A DNA stretch of 64,000 nt from Octopus sinensis (lineage: Eukaryota), in NCBI RefSeq assembly GCF_006345805.1, contig NC_043012.1, positions 34,286,001 through 34,350,000 of the forward strand. Direction: 5' to 3'. Shown here in pieces: positions 26,122-37,684 of this stretch. The position numbers and the translations under genes were made by a program. How positions within the stretch are numbered: position 1 is the first letter of the stretch; every line of letters starts with the position of its first letter. The notes beneath the pieces were generated by a model. It did not search any database, was not told the DNA's origin, and saw only the letters and a program-made list of their open reading frames with translations.

Positions 26122-27414
26122 CCATATGTGTGTCTGTGTGCATACACACACCTACACACACACACACTACTTTTTGCAATATTATTATTCATATAACGCA
26201 TATTTCATCTTTCTGGGTTCTAATCTACAACCAAGAATCTCTTTCTCTCTCTCTCTCTATCAACCTACCTACCTACCTATCCACCTACCTACATACCTGC
26301 CTGCCTACCTACCTACCTACCCACATCTATGTATGTATGTATGAATCTCTCTCTCTCTATCTATCTCCTATCTATCTGTCCATTTTATATCCCGTTGCTC
26401 TCCATCATCTCCATCATCTCTCATTATCTCTCTGTCTCCACTTACCTAACTATTATCTCCCGACTTATTTTGTACCAAACATTTCCATCTTTTCATTCTG
26501 CTTCTTTTCTCTTATTTCCTAATCCTCTTTCTTCTTCCACTTTCGCATGACTGATTGTCTGTTTCCGATTTTCGTTTTTTTTTTTTTGCTTAAAACCGCA
26601 AAGCGCTCCACTACTTTCCTCCTTGCGTTACTTTACTTATTGTCCAGATCGGAAGGCAGTTCGTTGTCTTCTCTGATGTTTTTTCTTTTATTTTGCAGCT
26701 CTAAATTTGATGAAGTGCATTCATTTATCTTGATTCTTTTAAACACGCATCCGTCAGTACTGACGCAACTCTAATGGGAAAACTGATCAAGGAATCAAAC
26801 TTGTGTTAGCTTCTCGTTATTTTTTCTAAATATCTTTGTCCGTTTCTATTACTTCTTCACCCCCCCCACAATTGGTTTATAAAATGGTACGATACAGCAC
26901 CCACAAAAGAGTAAGTCGCACTTTCCGTCCGTAGACTAGGGTGGCACCTAGGGCAAAGTGCTAGCGACCCGGTTAGCTTGCCATACCAGGGATACGGTGA
27001 AGATGTCGGCAGTAGGACGTTGGATAACCTATTTCTTTACTACCCACAGGGGGCTAAACACAGAAGGGACAAACAAGGACAGACAGACGGATTAAGTCGA
27101 TTACATCGACCCCGAAAGGATGAAAGGCAAAGTCGACCTCGGCGGAATTTGAACTCAGAACATAACGGCAGACGAAATACGTAGTGGCTAGATCGCTAGC
27201 CACTACACACATTTTTTCTCTCTGTTTTGTCTCTCCTTTTTTCTCTCCCTTTTTTCTCTCCTTGTTTCTCTCCTTGTTTCTTTCTGTGTCCCTTTCTGTA
27301 GAAGAGCGTAGGCTCGAAACGTAAAAGACTTTTTCTATTCCTGAGCGTTATACTAATACATCTGTTTGTATTCTACACCACCTGTCTTCGTCTTTTGTTT
27401 TTTTCGTAAACTCT

Positions 27415-27460
<46 letters not shown>

Positions 27461-28051
27461 GTGTTCGTGCGTATGCTTGTATATATATATATGCATGTGT
27501 GTATGTATGTATGCATGTTTGCATGCATATATGTATGTATATGTGTGTGTGTGTCTGTATGTGTGTGTGCGTGCGTGTGTGTATGTAATTATCTATTACT
27601 CCTCACTGCTGTCTCATGTTTTGTCTGCGCAGGTAACGTGAAGCGTTTCCACTGTCCGCTGATTCTACCAGGTGAAGATTTCTGCGGCTGCCTGGACGAA
27701 GTAAGTTGTTTTAATACATTCGTCTTAAATAATGTAATGTGGTGCTTGTTATATCTGTCTGTGTTCGTTGTGGCTTTTATCACTTCCACAGAGGGACGGA
27801 ATAGTGTCTAATGAAAATAGTTGTTAACCCTTTCTGAATACCAATTCAAATAAAAACAAAAGAAAACAAAAGAAAGATGATATAAACAATAGCAGCAGCA
27901 GCAACAGTGGAAAAGTGTGAAGTCGACCGGTTTCATATTATTGAGGAAAAATATAGACAGAGGGAAGGTGTTCCAATATTGCATGTGGAAAGGAAGAGAT
28001 GTTCAAAAAGTTGTTAATTTGTTGTAAGGAGTGAAGAGTAAAGTTTCATCT

Positions 28052-28103
<52 letters not shown>

Positions 28104-28706
28104 AAAGAGTATTTCTTTATTCACCATAAGGTTGAGAAAAAGAGGGGACGATACGAGGACAGACAAAACAAACGTTGGGGTCAGGGTATCGAATGAGACG
28201 AAACGTATGAATAAACAAACAATTAAAATATATACAATTAAATGAGAATGAGTGATTTACAAAAAATTAAGCGGAGGACACGGTTGACCCCACAAACCAC
28301 ATACTCACACTGAAGACTTTGCTTTCTCCTTTTTTATATTCTCGTTTAAACAAATTCTTTCACTCGCAACATACTTGCTATAGACTTCCATCTTTTACGA
28401 AACACACTTTGCGACAGGCATTTCTTCTCCAGCCTTATTTTCCGTTTCATGTGGAAAACGAAAAAGTCGATTAGCTCAAGACTGGAGATGAACATGCCTG
28501 TTGCAATTCCTTTCACTCTTGTCTTCCATACTACCTCTTTGCAGTATCGGTTACAAACCCGGGTTTTACTGCCCGTAACACGGAGGAGAGAAAAATTAAG
28601 TACAGGACCCGTTGTATTAGAACTATATTCTCAATAATTTACACTTATCATTACTTTCTTTACATTTCTCTCTATTTAGGTAATTATCCGTCGTGGATGT
28701 CTGTAG
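14914..28706 (+). CDS. Secreted protein with two chitin-binding (ChtBD2/peritrophin-A-like, 4-Cys) modules and a Laminin-G-like domain; Pif/LamG3-like, 344 aa. Exons 14914-14919, 17578-17656, 22021-22353, 24512-24933, 25880-25979, 27633-27700, 28680-28706
   Basis: All junctions are GT-AG, phases 0,1,1,0,1,0, total 1035 nt with no internal stop. Signal peptide MTFVLYIASICFWLLALFCGA. Modules C..DC...WNQKMCQC and C..DC...WNEEKCICDW. LamG-like region CVVMLNITFD...FNIAFSFK...QSLFHNSC...PTISL...WNTVEMTY...HCPLIL...FCGCLDEVII. The family assignment comes from motif recall, not a database search. The 6-nt first exon is the least certain. Confidence 0.85.
16718..16753 (-). repeat. Penelope-like terminal-repeat fragment with a degenerate hammerhead-like core
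   Basis: The minus strand reads cttt-CUGUCGA-a-GAGC[gtag]GCUC-GAAAC-GUA-aaag; same family as 27292 and 48908. Confidence 0.45.
17069..17410 (-). mobile_element. tRNA-derived SINE family D
   Basis: Reverse complement of the 31740-32077 family (ttcttgagcaagacactttatttcacgttgctccagttcactcagc). Confidence 0.8.
19693..19962. mobile_element. Fold-back/MITE-like element in a (TA)n tract
   Basis: Inverted arms of about 105 bp (cacggacgggtcattcgaagcctttaatct / agattaaaggcttcgaatgacccgtccgtg) around three ~22-bp tandem units (gatccggttcttgactgc). Confidence 0.7.
19993..20852 (-). mobile_element. Internally deleted mariner-like DNA transposon
   Basis: Inverted ends tacaaggtgcattccagaagttt / aaacttctggaatgtgta. 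Minus-strand fragment CSVKLGKNATETCETLQTAYG resembles a mariner N-terminus. A shorter relative lies at 29323-29664. Confidence 0.75.
21460..21875. mobile_element. MITE with ~28-bp TIRs, 8-bp TSD and internal (CCCTAA)n
   Basis: TIRs ggatcttttcggtttgaacgg(t/c)agtttt / aaaactgccgttcaaaccgaaaagatcc. TSD caaatgac at 21452-21459 and 21876-21883. Confidence 0.9.
24143..24385. mobile_element. Fold-back element with ~92-bp inverted arms
   Basis: atctgtaaatgtaatatgtgacaatt...ccgccat versus atggcgg...aattgtcacatattacatttacagat. Confidence 0.75.
25111..25147 (+). ncRNA. Hammerhead-like motif (Penelope-type) with a weak stem I
   Basis: tgttt-CUGACGA-a-GAGC[tcc]GCUC-GAAAC-GUU-aaat. Confidence 0.4.
25424..25656 (+). 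mobile_element. SINE family A copy
   Basis: Full head-body-tail match to the other copies. Confidence 0.85.
27028..27180 (-). mobile_element. SINE family A, internally deleted
   Basis: Tail and head segments are joined with loss of the central cactggggtcga unit. Confidence 0.75.
27186..27420 (+). repeat. Penelope-like terminal-repeat fragment, near-identical to 48857-49035
   Basis: Shares gatcg(c/t)tagccactacacaca...ctgtagaagagcgtaggctcgaaacgtaaaaga...ctct(c/a)cctatata and ends in (TA)n. Confidence 0.65.
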
Positions 28707-29322
28707 AAATAAGGAACCAAAATACGGTGTTTTTCGCAAATCAAGACAGACATGGTCTCGAAGTTTAAAACCTCACCTGAAGATAAATTAGAAACAAATG
28801 AAGCAATTAATTTATAAACCATTCACAATCTGCAATAATAACTATCATGAATGCAATATCGGTTTGAAGAAAGCTAATGACAAGACTTCGTGGAATTTAT
28901 TCTCTGATCGCTAGAAATGTTGCAGTGTTTATTTTTCACTGCGTATATCAAGAAATACTAGAAAGAAAGAAAAAGAAAAACGAAAAAAGGAAAGAAAAAA
29001 ATTCAGTGAAATATAAAATTTTAAATATGAAATATGAAGTATTTCATAAAAATGCAATATAAAAAAATTAAATATTGATAATCTTTTCTTTATTAGCTTG
29101 AATATGAATTTGCAGTGTCTTACAAATACGTGTAACATAAAGACTCGTAAAACAGATTCGAGGTGGTGGTGGTGGTGGAGTGGTGAAAGGTGTTATACCA
29201 AATATAATGGGACTAGTTAAAATTTTATAAGAAAACATTTAAATAATTACATGGAATAAATAAAAAAAATTGAAATAATATATGTATGTGTACAGGTACG
29301 TTTATATATCTATTTCAATAGC

Positions 29323-29664
29323 TACAAGGCACATTCCAGAAGTTTTAAGACCTTTTTTCAGGAGAAACAATTAATTTCAAAGAAGTACAAAACTCTTATC
29401 CCTTTTAAAGTAGGACCCCCAGCCTTCAATGCACTTGTAGTGCCTCATGGAAGTCCTCCAAACTGGAAGTGTCCAATCCAGTCAATTGTGACAAGGGTAT
29501 GTTCAAAGTGCTGTTACATCCGTCTCCTTAATTTGGAATAATAAAAGTTGGCGGGTCAGCTTATTAGATGAATTGTAATTAATATTCTAAAATTACAATT
29601 ATCTAGAACAGTTATAACTGCTTCTCTTAAAAACAAGTCACAAAACTTCTGGAGTGCGTCTCGT
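29323..29664. mobile_element. Non-autonomous mariner derivative
   Basis: Ends tacaaggcacattccagaagtttt / aaaacttctggagtgcgtctcgta, related to 19993-20852. Confidence 0.7.
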
Positions 29665-29669
29665 ATCTA

Positions 29670-29720
<51 letters not shown>

Positions 29721-29792
29721 TTGTGGAGACGTTTGGTCAATTCAAAGACCCTATACGTGACTTGAATTCTATTTTTACGACTTCAGTGAATG

Positions 29793-30338
29793 AATAAACT
29801 GTGAACTAAAAAGAAACAAAGAAAGATTGGAGGGAGGAAGCCCTGTCCAATTTATATATTTTGACTCTTTCCTAACAATCCATGCTTGCAATGTCACCTT
29901 CTGTATTCTCTTTTCTGTTCATTGGTGTGGCAAATGCTTCACTTTTTTTTTTTTCTCAAGCACTATATAAGGATGTGATGGGCAAAACTGCTAACGAGTT
30001 TGGAAAAATCTTACATTATTCCTTTCAGTTCTCTACGTTCTGAGATCCAATCTCGCCGAGGCCAACCTCGGCGAATTGGATCCAGAACGTAGAGAACTGA
30101 AAGGAATACTGTAAGATATTTTCCAAACTCGTTAGCAGTTTTGCCCATCACATCCTTATATAGTGCTTGAGATAAAAAAAAAAAAGTTGAAAGCATTTGC
30201 CACACAATGAACAGAAAAGAGAATACAGAAGGTGACATTGCAAGCATGGATTGTTAGGAAAGATGTAAAAATATATAAATTGGACAGGGCTTCCTCCCTT
30301 CCAAATCTTTTTTGGTTCTTTTTAGTTCACAGTTTATT
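29793..30338. repeat. 546-bp near-perfect palindrome (arms of ~270 bp, 4-nt loop)
   Basis: The apex is cgccgagg-ccaa-cctcggcg at 30054-30073. The arms are reverse-complementary out to aataaactgtgaac / gttcacagtttatt, with scattered 1-2-nt indels. Confidence 0.95.
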
Positions 30339-30465
30339 TCTTTGCAGTATCGGTTGCAAACCCGGGTGTCGCTGCCCGTAACACGGAGGAAAGAAAAATT
30401 AATGAAAACAGGACCCGTCAGAGAAATCATCCTCGTGAGGTGGAGTGCTTGCTACAGCGAGTATC

Positions 30466-30889
30466 TAAGTATCTATTTCTTTACTATCCACGAGGGGCTA
30501 AACACAGAGGGGACAAACAAGGACAGCCAAACGGATTAAGTTGATTACATCGACCCCAGTGCGTAACTGGTACTTAATTTATCGACCCCGAAGGGATGAA
30601 AGGCAAAGTCGACCTCGGCGGAATTTGAACTCAGAACGTAACGGTAGACGAAATACCTATTTCTTTATTGCCCACAAGGGGCTAAACACAGAGAGGACAA
30701 ACAAGGACATACATAGGTATTAAGTCGATTATATCGACCCCAGTGCGTAACTGGTACTTAATTTATCGACCCCGAAAGGATGAAAGGCAAAGTCGACCTC
30801 GGCGGAATTTGAACTCACAACGTAACGCAGACGAAATACCGCTAAGCATTTCGCCCGTCGTGCTAACGATTTTGCTAGTTCACTGTCCT
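30466..30889 (-). mobile_element. Head-to-tail SINE family A dimer with a single 17-bp TSD
   Basis: ttgctacagcgagtatc at 30449-30465 and 30890-30906; internal junction gaaatac|ctatttc near 30657. Confidence 0.88.
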
Positions 30890-31607
30890 TTGCTACAGCG
30901 AGTATCGCTGGCCATTCTCTGCCTCAACGACATAGCAGTCACTACTGCGAAGCGTCGTTGAGCACACCACTTGTTCTGGGGGGGGGGGTATATGGCCCAT
31001 CTCCCCTCCACCGCTATCATCTGCTATTTGACCCACCCCTTTTTCTTTTTTTACTTTTCCTTTCATATCTCTCTTTTTCCCCTGTTTCTTTGTATTTAAA
31101 TGCTCATTTCCTGTATAGCCCAAATTTAATTTTAGTCCAGACACGGAGAAAAATTCAAAATATATCCTACATACCTTTGAACATCTTCATTGCACGCATA
31201 TCGTGAAATATACAGAAAACATTCAGCGACTGGAGTTTATTTTCACATCGCTGCATACTTTAGTGTTTACAGATCAGCTGACCTCTTCACAGGACATGTG
31301 ATTACGTGGTTAACAAAAATACACCTGGTAATGGTGGCCCTAATTAATTTGGTGTATGGTACAGCATAGGACTAGATTACCTTCCAGTAGGATTATTATA
31401 CTTTAACAAATTCATAAAAATTTACATTTTTCTCATAGAAACATGTACGAAACCACAAATACACGCGCACATGCGCATTTATATTTACACACACACACAT
31501 GTGCACGTAGTAAGGCAGAGATAAAGTTATATATAGGTAGCTATATGATTTCTCTCTCTCTCTCTCTCTCTCTGTCTGTCTGTCTGTCTGTCTGTCTGCC
31601 TACCTAC

Positions 31608-31701
<94 letters not shown>

Positions 31702-31702
31702 T

Positions 31703-31733
<31 letters not shown>

Positions 31734-31739
31734 GCACAC

Positions 31740-32077
31740 ATGGCTCAGTGGTTAGAGCGTAGCGCTCACATTCATGTATAAGGTAGTGAGTTCGATCTTC
31801 GTACCGGGCTGTGTGTTGTGTTCTTGAGCAAGTCACTTTATTTCACGTTCTTCCAGTTCACTCAGCCGTAGAAATGATTTCCGCCCTTCACTGGTGCCAA
31901 GCTGCATCGGACCCTTTGCTTTCCCTTAGATAACATCAATTGCGTGGAAAAGGGAGCCAGGTATGCATGGGCGACTGCTGGTTTCCCATAAACAACCTTC
32001 CCTGTATTTGTGTCTTGGAGGGGAACATTTTAGGTGCAATCCAATGGTCTTGAGTGACCGATGGGGGTGTCTTTACC
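31740..32077 (+). mobile_element. tRNA-derived SINE family D
   Basis: A box tggctcagtgg, B box gagttcgatc, core ttcttgagcaagtcac. Confidence 0.8.
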
Positions 32078-32137
<60 letters not shown>

Positions 32138-32138
<1 letters not shown>

Positions 32139-32933
32139 GGGTGCGATGGGTAAATTGTTGCCATTTTATGCTTTTAATTTCGCGCATGCGCATTGTTTGT
32201 TTTTGATTTTGTCGACTACACAGCATAGTAGGGTCAGTTGGAGACCTTCTGTGAGAAAAACAGCACCATGATGCAATTCACTCTACCAGGATTTTGGAAA
32301 AGACATGCTGTACTGCTTGGCATTCGCGCCGGAAGCTCTAATACGAACATTTCAGAGCGTTTGGGTGTCATTCTGAGGACAGTGCAATCTGAGGACATGT
32401 ACTGAGAGTGGTAAAAATCAAACATCCAGTCAACATCATGGCGTTTGGAGTAATCACTAGTGATGGCGACGTTATACCTCCATTCATCTTCCCACACGGC
32501 CGCAGACTCAACGCGGTGGCCTACATCAAGTGCCTGGAGGAGGTAGTGCTGCCCTGGGTGAAGAGGGTGGCTGCTGAAAGACTCTATGTCTAGCAACAGG
32601 ACACTGCATCATGCCACACAAGCAGGAGAACCCAGTCATGGCTGTCAGACAATTTGTGCGATCACATCGCTCCTAACATCTGGGCACCTAACTCCCCACA
32701 CTGCAACCCCATTGATTACTAAAGATGAACTGAAGGCAAGGATGATGGCATCATCTACAAACTCAAACAACGAGACCGTCCAGAAGAGTTGCAGGAGATT
32801 TCGAAGTCGTTTCGAGGCCGTGTTTGAAGGCAATGGTGATTTTATTGAATAAATTTACTCTTTAGTATTTCAAGATATTTTTTATATAATTTGGTAAAAT
32901 GAGATGTCAGTACTATTTTCACTTTTGCGTACA

Positions 32934-32936
<3 letters not shown>
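32138..32936 (+). mobile_element. Decayed Tc1/mariner-superfamily transposon (maT/DD37D-like) between (TA)n tracts
   Basis: KHPVNIMAFGVITSDG...FIFPHG...YIKCLEEVVLPW...QQDTASCHTS...WAPNSPHCNP...RRFRSRFEAVFEGNGDFIE, with stops and deletions. Confidence 0.8.
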
Positions 32937-33004
<68 letters not shown>

Positions 33005-33006
33005 AT

Positions 33007-33042
<36 letters not shown>

Positions 33043-33043
<1 letters not shown>

Positions 33044-33452
33044 GGCACAGGAGTGGCTGTGTGGTAAGTAGTTTGTTTACCGACCACATGGTTCCGGGTT
33101 CAGTCCCATTGTGTGGCACCTTGGGCAAGTGTCTTCTACTATAGCCTCGGGCCGACCAAAGCCTTGTGAGTGGATTTGGTAGACGGAAACTGAAAGAAGC
33201 CTGTCGTATATATATATAATATATATATATATGTATGTGTTTGTGTGTCTGTGTTTGTCCCCCTAGCATTGTTTGACAACCGATGCTGGTATGTTTATGT
33301 TCCCGTTACTTAGCGGTTCGGCAAAAGAGACCGATAGAATAAGTACTGGGCTTACAAAAGAATAAGTCCCTGGGTTGAGTTGTTCGATTAAAGGCGGTGC
33401 TCCGGCATGGCCGCAGTCAAATGACTGAAACAAGTAAAAGAGAAAGAGAAAG
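33043..33452 (+). mobile_element. tRNA-derived CORE-type SINE family C with an internal (TA)n
   Basis: Head gtggctgtgtggtaag...gggttcagtccc, CORE-like accttgggcaagtgtctt, tail (aaagag)n. Second copy at 56008-56412. Confidence 0.85.
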
Positions 33453-33469
33453 ATATATATATATATATA

Positions 33470-33830
33470 TATCAAATGTGAAGATAAAATTCTTTTCGAA
33501 AAAAAATATTTTCTCGAAAAAAATCTTATCAATGGCCAGCATATTAAAAAATACCTTTAACGGTTAAATTTATAAACAATTCATAAATGAGGGCAAAGGA
33601 AAAAATTTTCTAATGCCAAATATGCCGAAAAATTGGACATATTGTCCATTAACCATATAATTTTTTCACAATACGCACGCTAATCGAAAAAGGTCGACAG
33701 AAATTTCTAAAAAATTCCATTATTACCATATCGGACCGATTTCAGAGTTAGCTACTAAGAGCCCTCTCTTCGTCAGTGATACATGTGGCAAAAGAAATAA
33801 ATGAGATACTATGTATGTATATATATATAG
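33470..33830. repeat. Interspersed repeat, unclassified; also at 59650-59950
   Basis: Shares ttatcaatggccagcata...aaaaatacctttaa...gccaaatatgccgaaaaa with 59650-59950. Both copies abut (TA)n. Confidence 0.65.
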
Positions 33831-34190
33831 ATAGATAAAAAAGGAAATAAAGTTGAAAAAAGCACAGACGTATATCTTGGAGCATGTTTAATAAAATATT
33901 AAAAAAAACATTCCCTAAAGCATTCTCTAAAATATACTTCTGTTCCTTTTGACTTACAGAATTATTTGACTTACAGAACTAGGATTTTTCACTAAATCTG
34001 TGAATAAAAACAAGTTTAGCTTATCAAATTGGAAAATTCTCACTTCGCCGGGATGAACATACTATAATACTTTTGGTTAAACCTCTACACGCTTTACATA
34101 TTTCACCTGCTCTATGTACAAGCTTAATTTACACTTCTACTTTTTGGGCATATATTCAGTCCACCACCACCACCACTACTACTACTACTA

Positions 34191-34235
<45 letters not shown>

Positions 34236-35494
34236 AGTATGTCGGCTCACTTAGTTATCTTAAACAAAATATGACAAAATGAAATTTCCGTAACTCACGA
34301 TTTGATTGCATTGTAATAAATTAATTTCTCAGTAAAGTGTTTCGAACAAGGATTCACTTTCCAATTAAACACGTTTCCATTGACTTTGCCAATTGTCCCC
34401 AAAGAAAGAAACTGGCCTTATAGTCTCACACAAGCCAATGAATTTGCTGTCCACATCTGTTGTGTGCTTCGGAAAATATTGCCTGCATCCTGTTTATTGG
34501 TCACCGAAGATTGTTCAAAACTGTATAACGCGCTAGAAAATGGGGACTTCTGCTAGAGATAATAGCATCCTTTATAGACACCTAAAGGGATAGGGTCAAC
34601 TAGCCGGTGATGATCCTCACTCACTCACACAATAATTGCTTTCATGTAACTCGTGTTTCATGTCAACGTGATTGTCAGGGGAGAACTACTCTCGCTTGAT
34701 GATCGAGAGTGAATGAAACTTTAGTCGCGTGAAAGAAATTCACCTGAAATAAACCATAAAATCTGTAGCATATATTGATTCCTCTCCTCATCCATTTAAC
34801 AAAAGATCGGAAGAATAAGGAATAATTGTGGTGGAAAGTATGTGGGTACCCTGCCGGATTAAAGATACGACCTGTCGAAAGGGAAGTTACGGCGAGCCAT
34901 GCTTGGAGAGGATGCAAGTTTATGCACGCTTTGCTGTACACCTACAGACTTCTTTGGTTATAGCTTTTGGATGGATAAAGACTATAGAACAATAGAAATG
35001 GTAGAGCGCCATATTTAGTGTAATCCCTCAGAGTTTTGAGTACAAAACTTGTCGGGGTCGCCTTCGTCTTTTCCTCTTCGGTAATAAGGGACAAGCAAAG
35101 TACCACTTGTATATTATTATGAGTTCCATTGTCTATGTCTATCTTCCTCTCTTATGAAACTGTGAATAAATTTTTTAATGATAGAAACATTTGCGCAGAC
35201 ATTTTAGAAGGCAGGAATCATCAAATTCTCAGGTGATTGTTTCTATAGCAACAGAATACTGATCACTATGCACTTGTTAGACCTGCTAGATATAGCAGTC
35301 AAATCTTTCACAAACCAATATTTTAACTGAGCAGGGATGGCAGCATAGTTAAGAACTTCAGGAGGCAGTGAGTTGTTTTCAGTAAATAATTATGAAATGT
35401 TTGGGTATTTTTTGTTAACAAACTACCCGAACATATTTTGTGTTGTAAAAGAACAATGGAATGATATGTGTACATCTCTCTTTCTTTCTCTCTT

Positions 35495-35545
<51 letters not shown>

Positions 35546-35942
35546 TCCTTTCTCTGCCTGTCTTCACCTTTTAAAACCTGCTTAGGCTGACTTGATCATT
35601 TCATAACATCTGCTCTTGTGAACTTGTATAAATGCTAAACATCAACATATTAACGAACCCAAGAAGCAATCCCTACTAAGTCTCGAGACATGACAGGTAT
35701 GGCAGAAAAATCTATCTCAAAATGAGTCCTGCCATCTTCCAAAAGGAAATGTTTCGATAATATGGTCCTTGCTTCTCTACACTAAGGAAAAAATAGGATG
35801 GTCACGACTGGAACACTTTTGTTCAAAGGAGTGCTCGATCGAGGCTGAAATTAGACTAAACCAAGTCAATAGGTTGACTTTTATAGGTGAGTGGGTTAGC
35901 AGAGACAAAGGAGCGGCAGGACAAGTAACTGAAGTATTTAAA

Positions 35943-36173
35943 GGCGGTGAGCTGGCAGAAACGTTAGAACGCCGGGCGAAATGCTTAGCGGTATTTCGTC
36001 TGCCGTTACGTACTGAGTTCAAATTCCGCCGAGGTCGACTTTGCCTTTCATCCTTTCGGGGTCGATAAATTAAATACCAGTTACACGCTGGGGTCGATCT
36101 AATCGACTTAATTCGTTTGTCTGTCCTTGTTTGTCCTCTTTGTGTTTAGCCCCTTGTGGGTAGTAAAAAAATA
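35943..36173 (+). mobile_element. SINE family A copy
   Basis: Full length, with a degenerate TSD aagtaactg(a/g)a. Confidence 0.85.
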
Positions 36174-37684
36174 AGTAACTGGATTATTTAATTTTTTTAT
36201 ATTTTACATTCTGAGTTCAAATCTTGCATAGGTTAAATGTGTCTTTCACTCTTCAGATGTCGATATAATTAAAGTACCAATCAAGTACAGTGGGAGATAT
36301 AATTAACTGTTCTCCCTTCCCCGCAAACTCTGTGCTCTTGTTTTAAAGCAAGAAATCAATATTTATTAACCATTTAGCATTTAAACCGACCATATATGAC
36401 CAAAATATTCTGTCTATTTTATGTTCAAACTGGTCAGATCAGGCCTCTAACAGCTATCCTACAATGTTATTGTAAAAATAAACGATCGCATTATTAGAAT
36501 CTTGAAGTTACAAGATAATGCATGATTAATCCAAGACAACGTGAATAAATAAGCATTAGATTTGATAGAGTAATCTGAATGCTAAAGGATTAAAAATGAA
36601 GGGAGATGAACGACTTCACTGGTTTAGTATCAGGATATAGCTTTTTTTTTTTACATATATTTGCGCTCTGAGTTCAAGCCTTTCTAGGGTTGGCTCTTTC
36701 TGGAATCGATAAAATATCGTTTCAACCAAATACTGAAAGATAGATTTAATCGACAGAGCTCTTCCCACAAAATTATGTTCTTGAACCAATATTAAAAATT
36801 TTTTTTTTTGATCTACAAAAGAGTGGTGGAACGTCGGATTAGTTCCATCCGTCTGTGTATCGAAACTGATTTTGTCTTCGATCTCTTCTGGCGGATATAA
36901 TAAATATTGGTTATATGTTGACCTCTTCTATTGACCTCTTATATGTTAACCTGGGGAACTAATCAGTTTATTTCCACTTAGCTGAGTTCAATAGGTATTT
37001 ATACCCGTCTTCGTGTTATTATGCAGTGGATGAGAAATATATATTTCCTTTCATCCCGGATAGAGCGCTAGCGCTCCTATTGGAGCTTTCGCCGTAAACA
37101 GATTTGGATTTCTCAATACTTCAGATCAACGAAGCAATTGTTTTCTTTCATAGTACTGTCGCTTTTTACAACAGTGAATTAAACCATTTTGTGTTAGATA
37201 AAGATACTGGAACACGACCAACAGATGCCAGTATTAAAAGTACTGCTTGGATTAACGAGTTATTTCACTTACAACAACAAATGAACGATTAAAAGAATTT
37301 ATTTTTCAAATGATTGAACATGAATGAAATTTTCTTCAATTATTGTAAACATGTGAAGTGCTACAAATAGAATCTAAATGTAAATCGCAGTTTCGTCCTT
37401 AATTTGGTGAACACTGCCTCCACAGCAAGATCTGAAAATAGAAATTTTCTGATTAAAGTTCATTTCAATAGATTTTTTTATTAAAAAGAAAACTTTATTT
37501 CGAATATTTGACATCTGACGCACCAATGCCTGAATCTCTAATATGCTTATTCGATTTGCTAGAATTACCAACAAAAATCTCCGTTAATACCTTACTGTCT
37601 TATAAAAAAAAAGAACTCATTTGTTAACGTAGTCCTAGATACACTAGGTAATGTAATAATATCAGTGAAAGACTAGTGCTTATT

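Noticed and set aside
34620-34950. Possible mariner remnant (IIPYSSDL-like motif); a similar hint at 15430-15790
   Set aside because: Too degenerate to support boundaries or a family call without a search.
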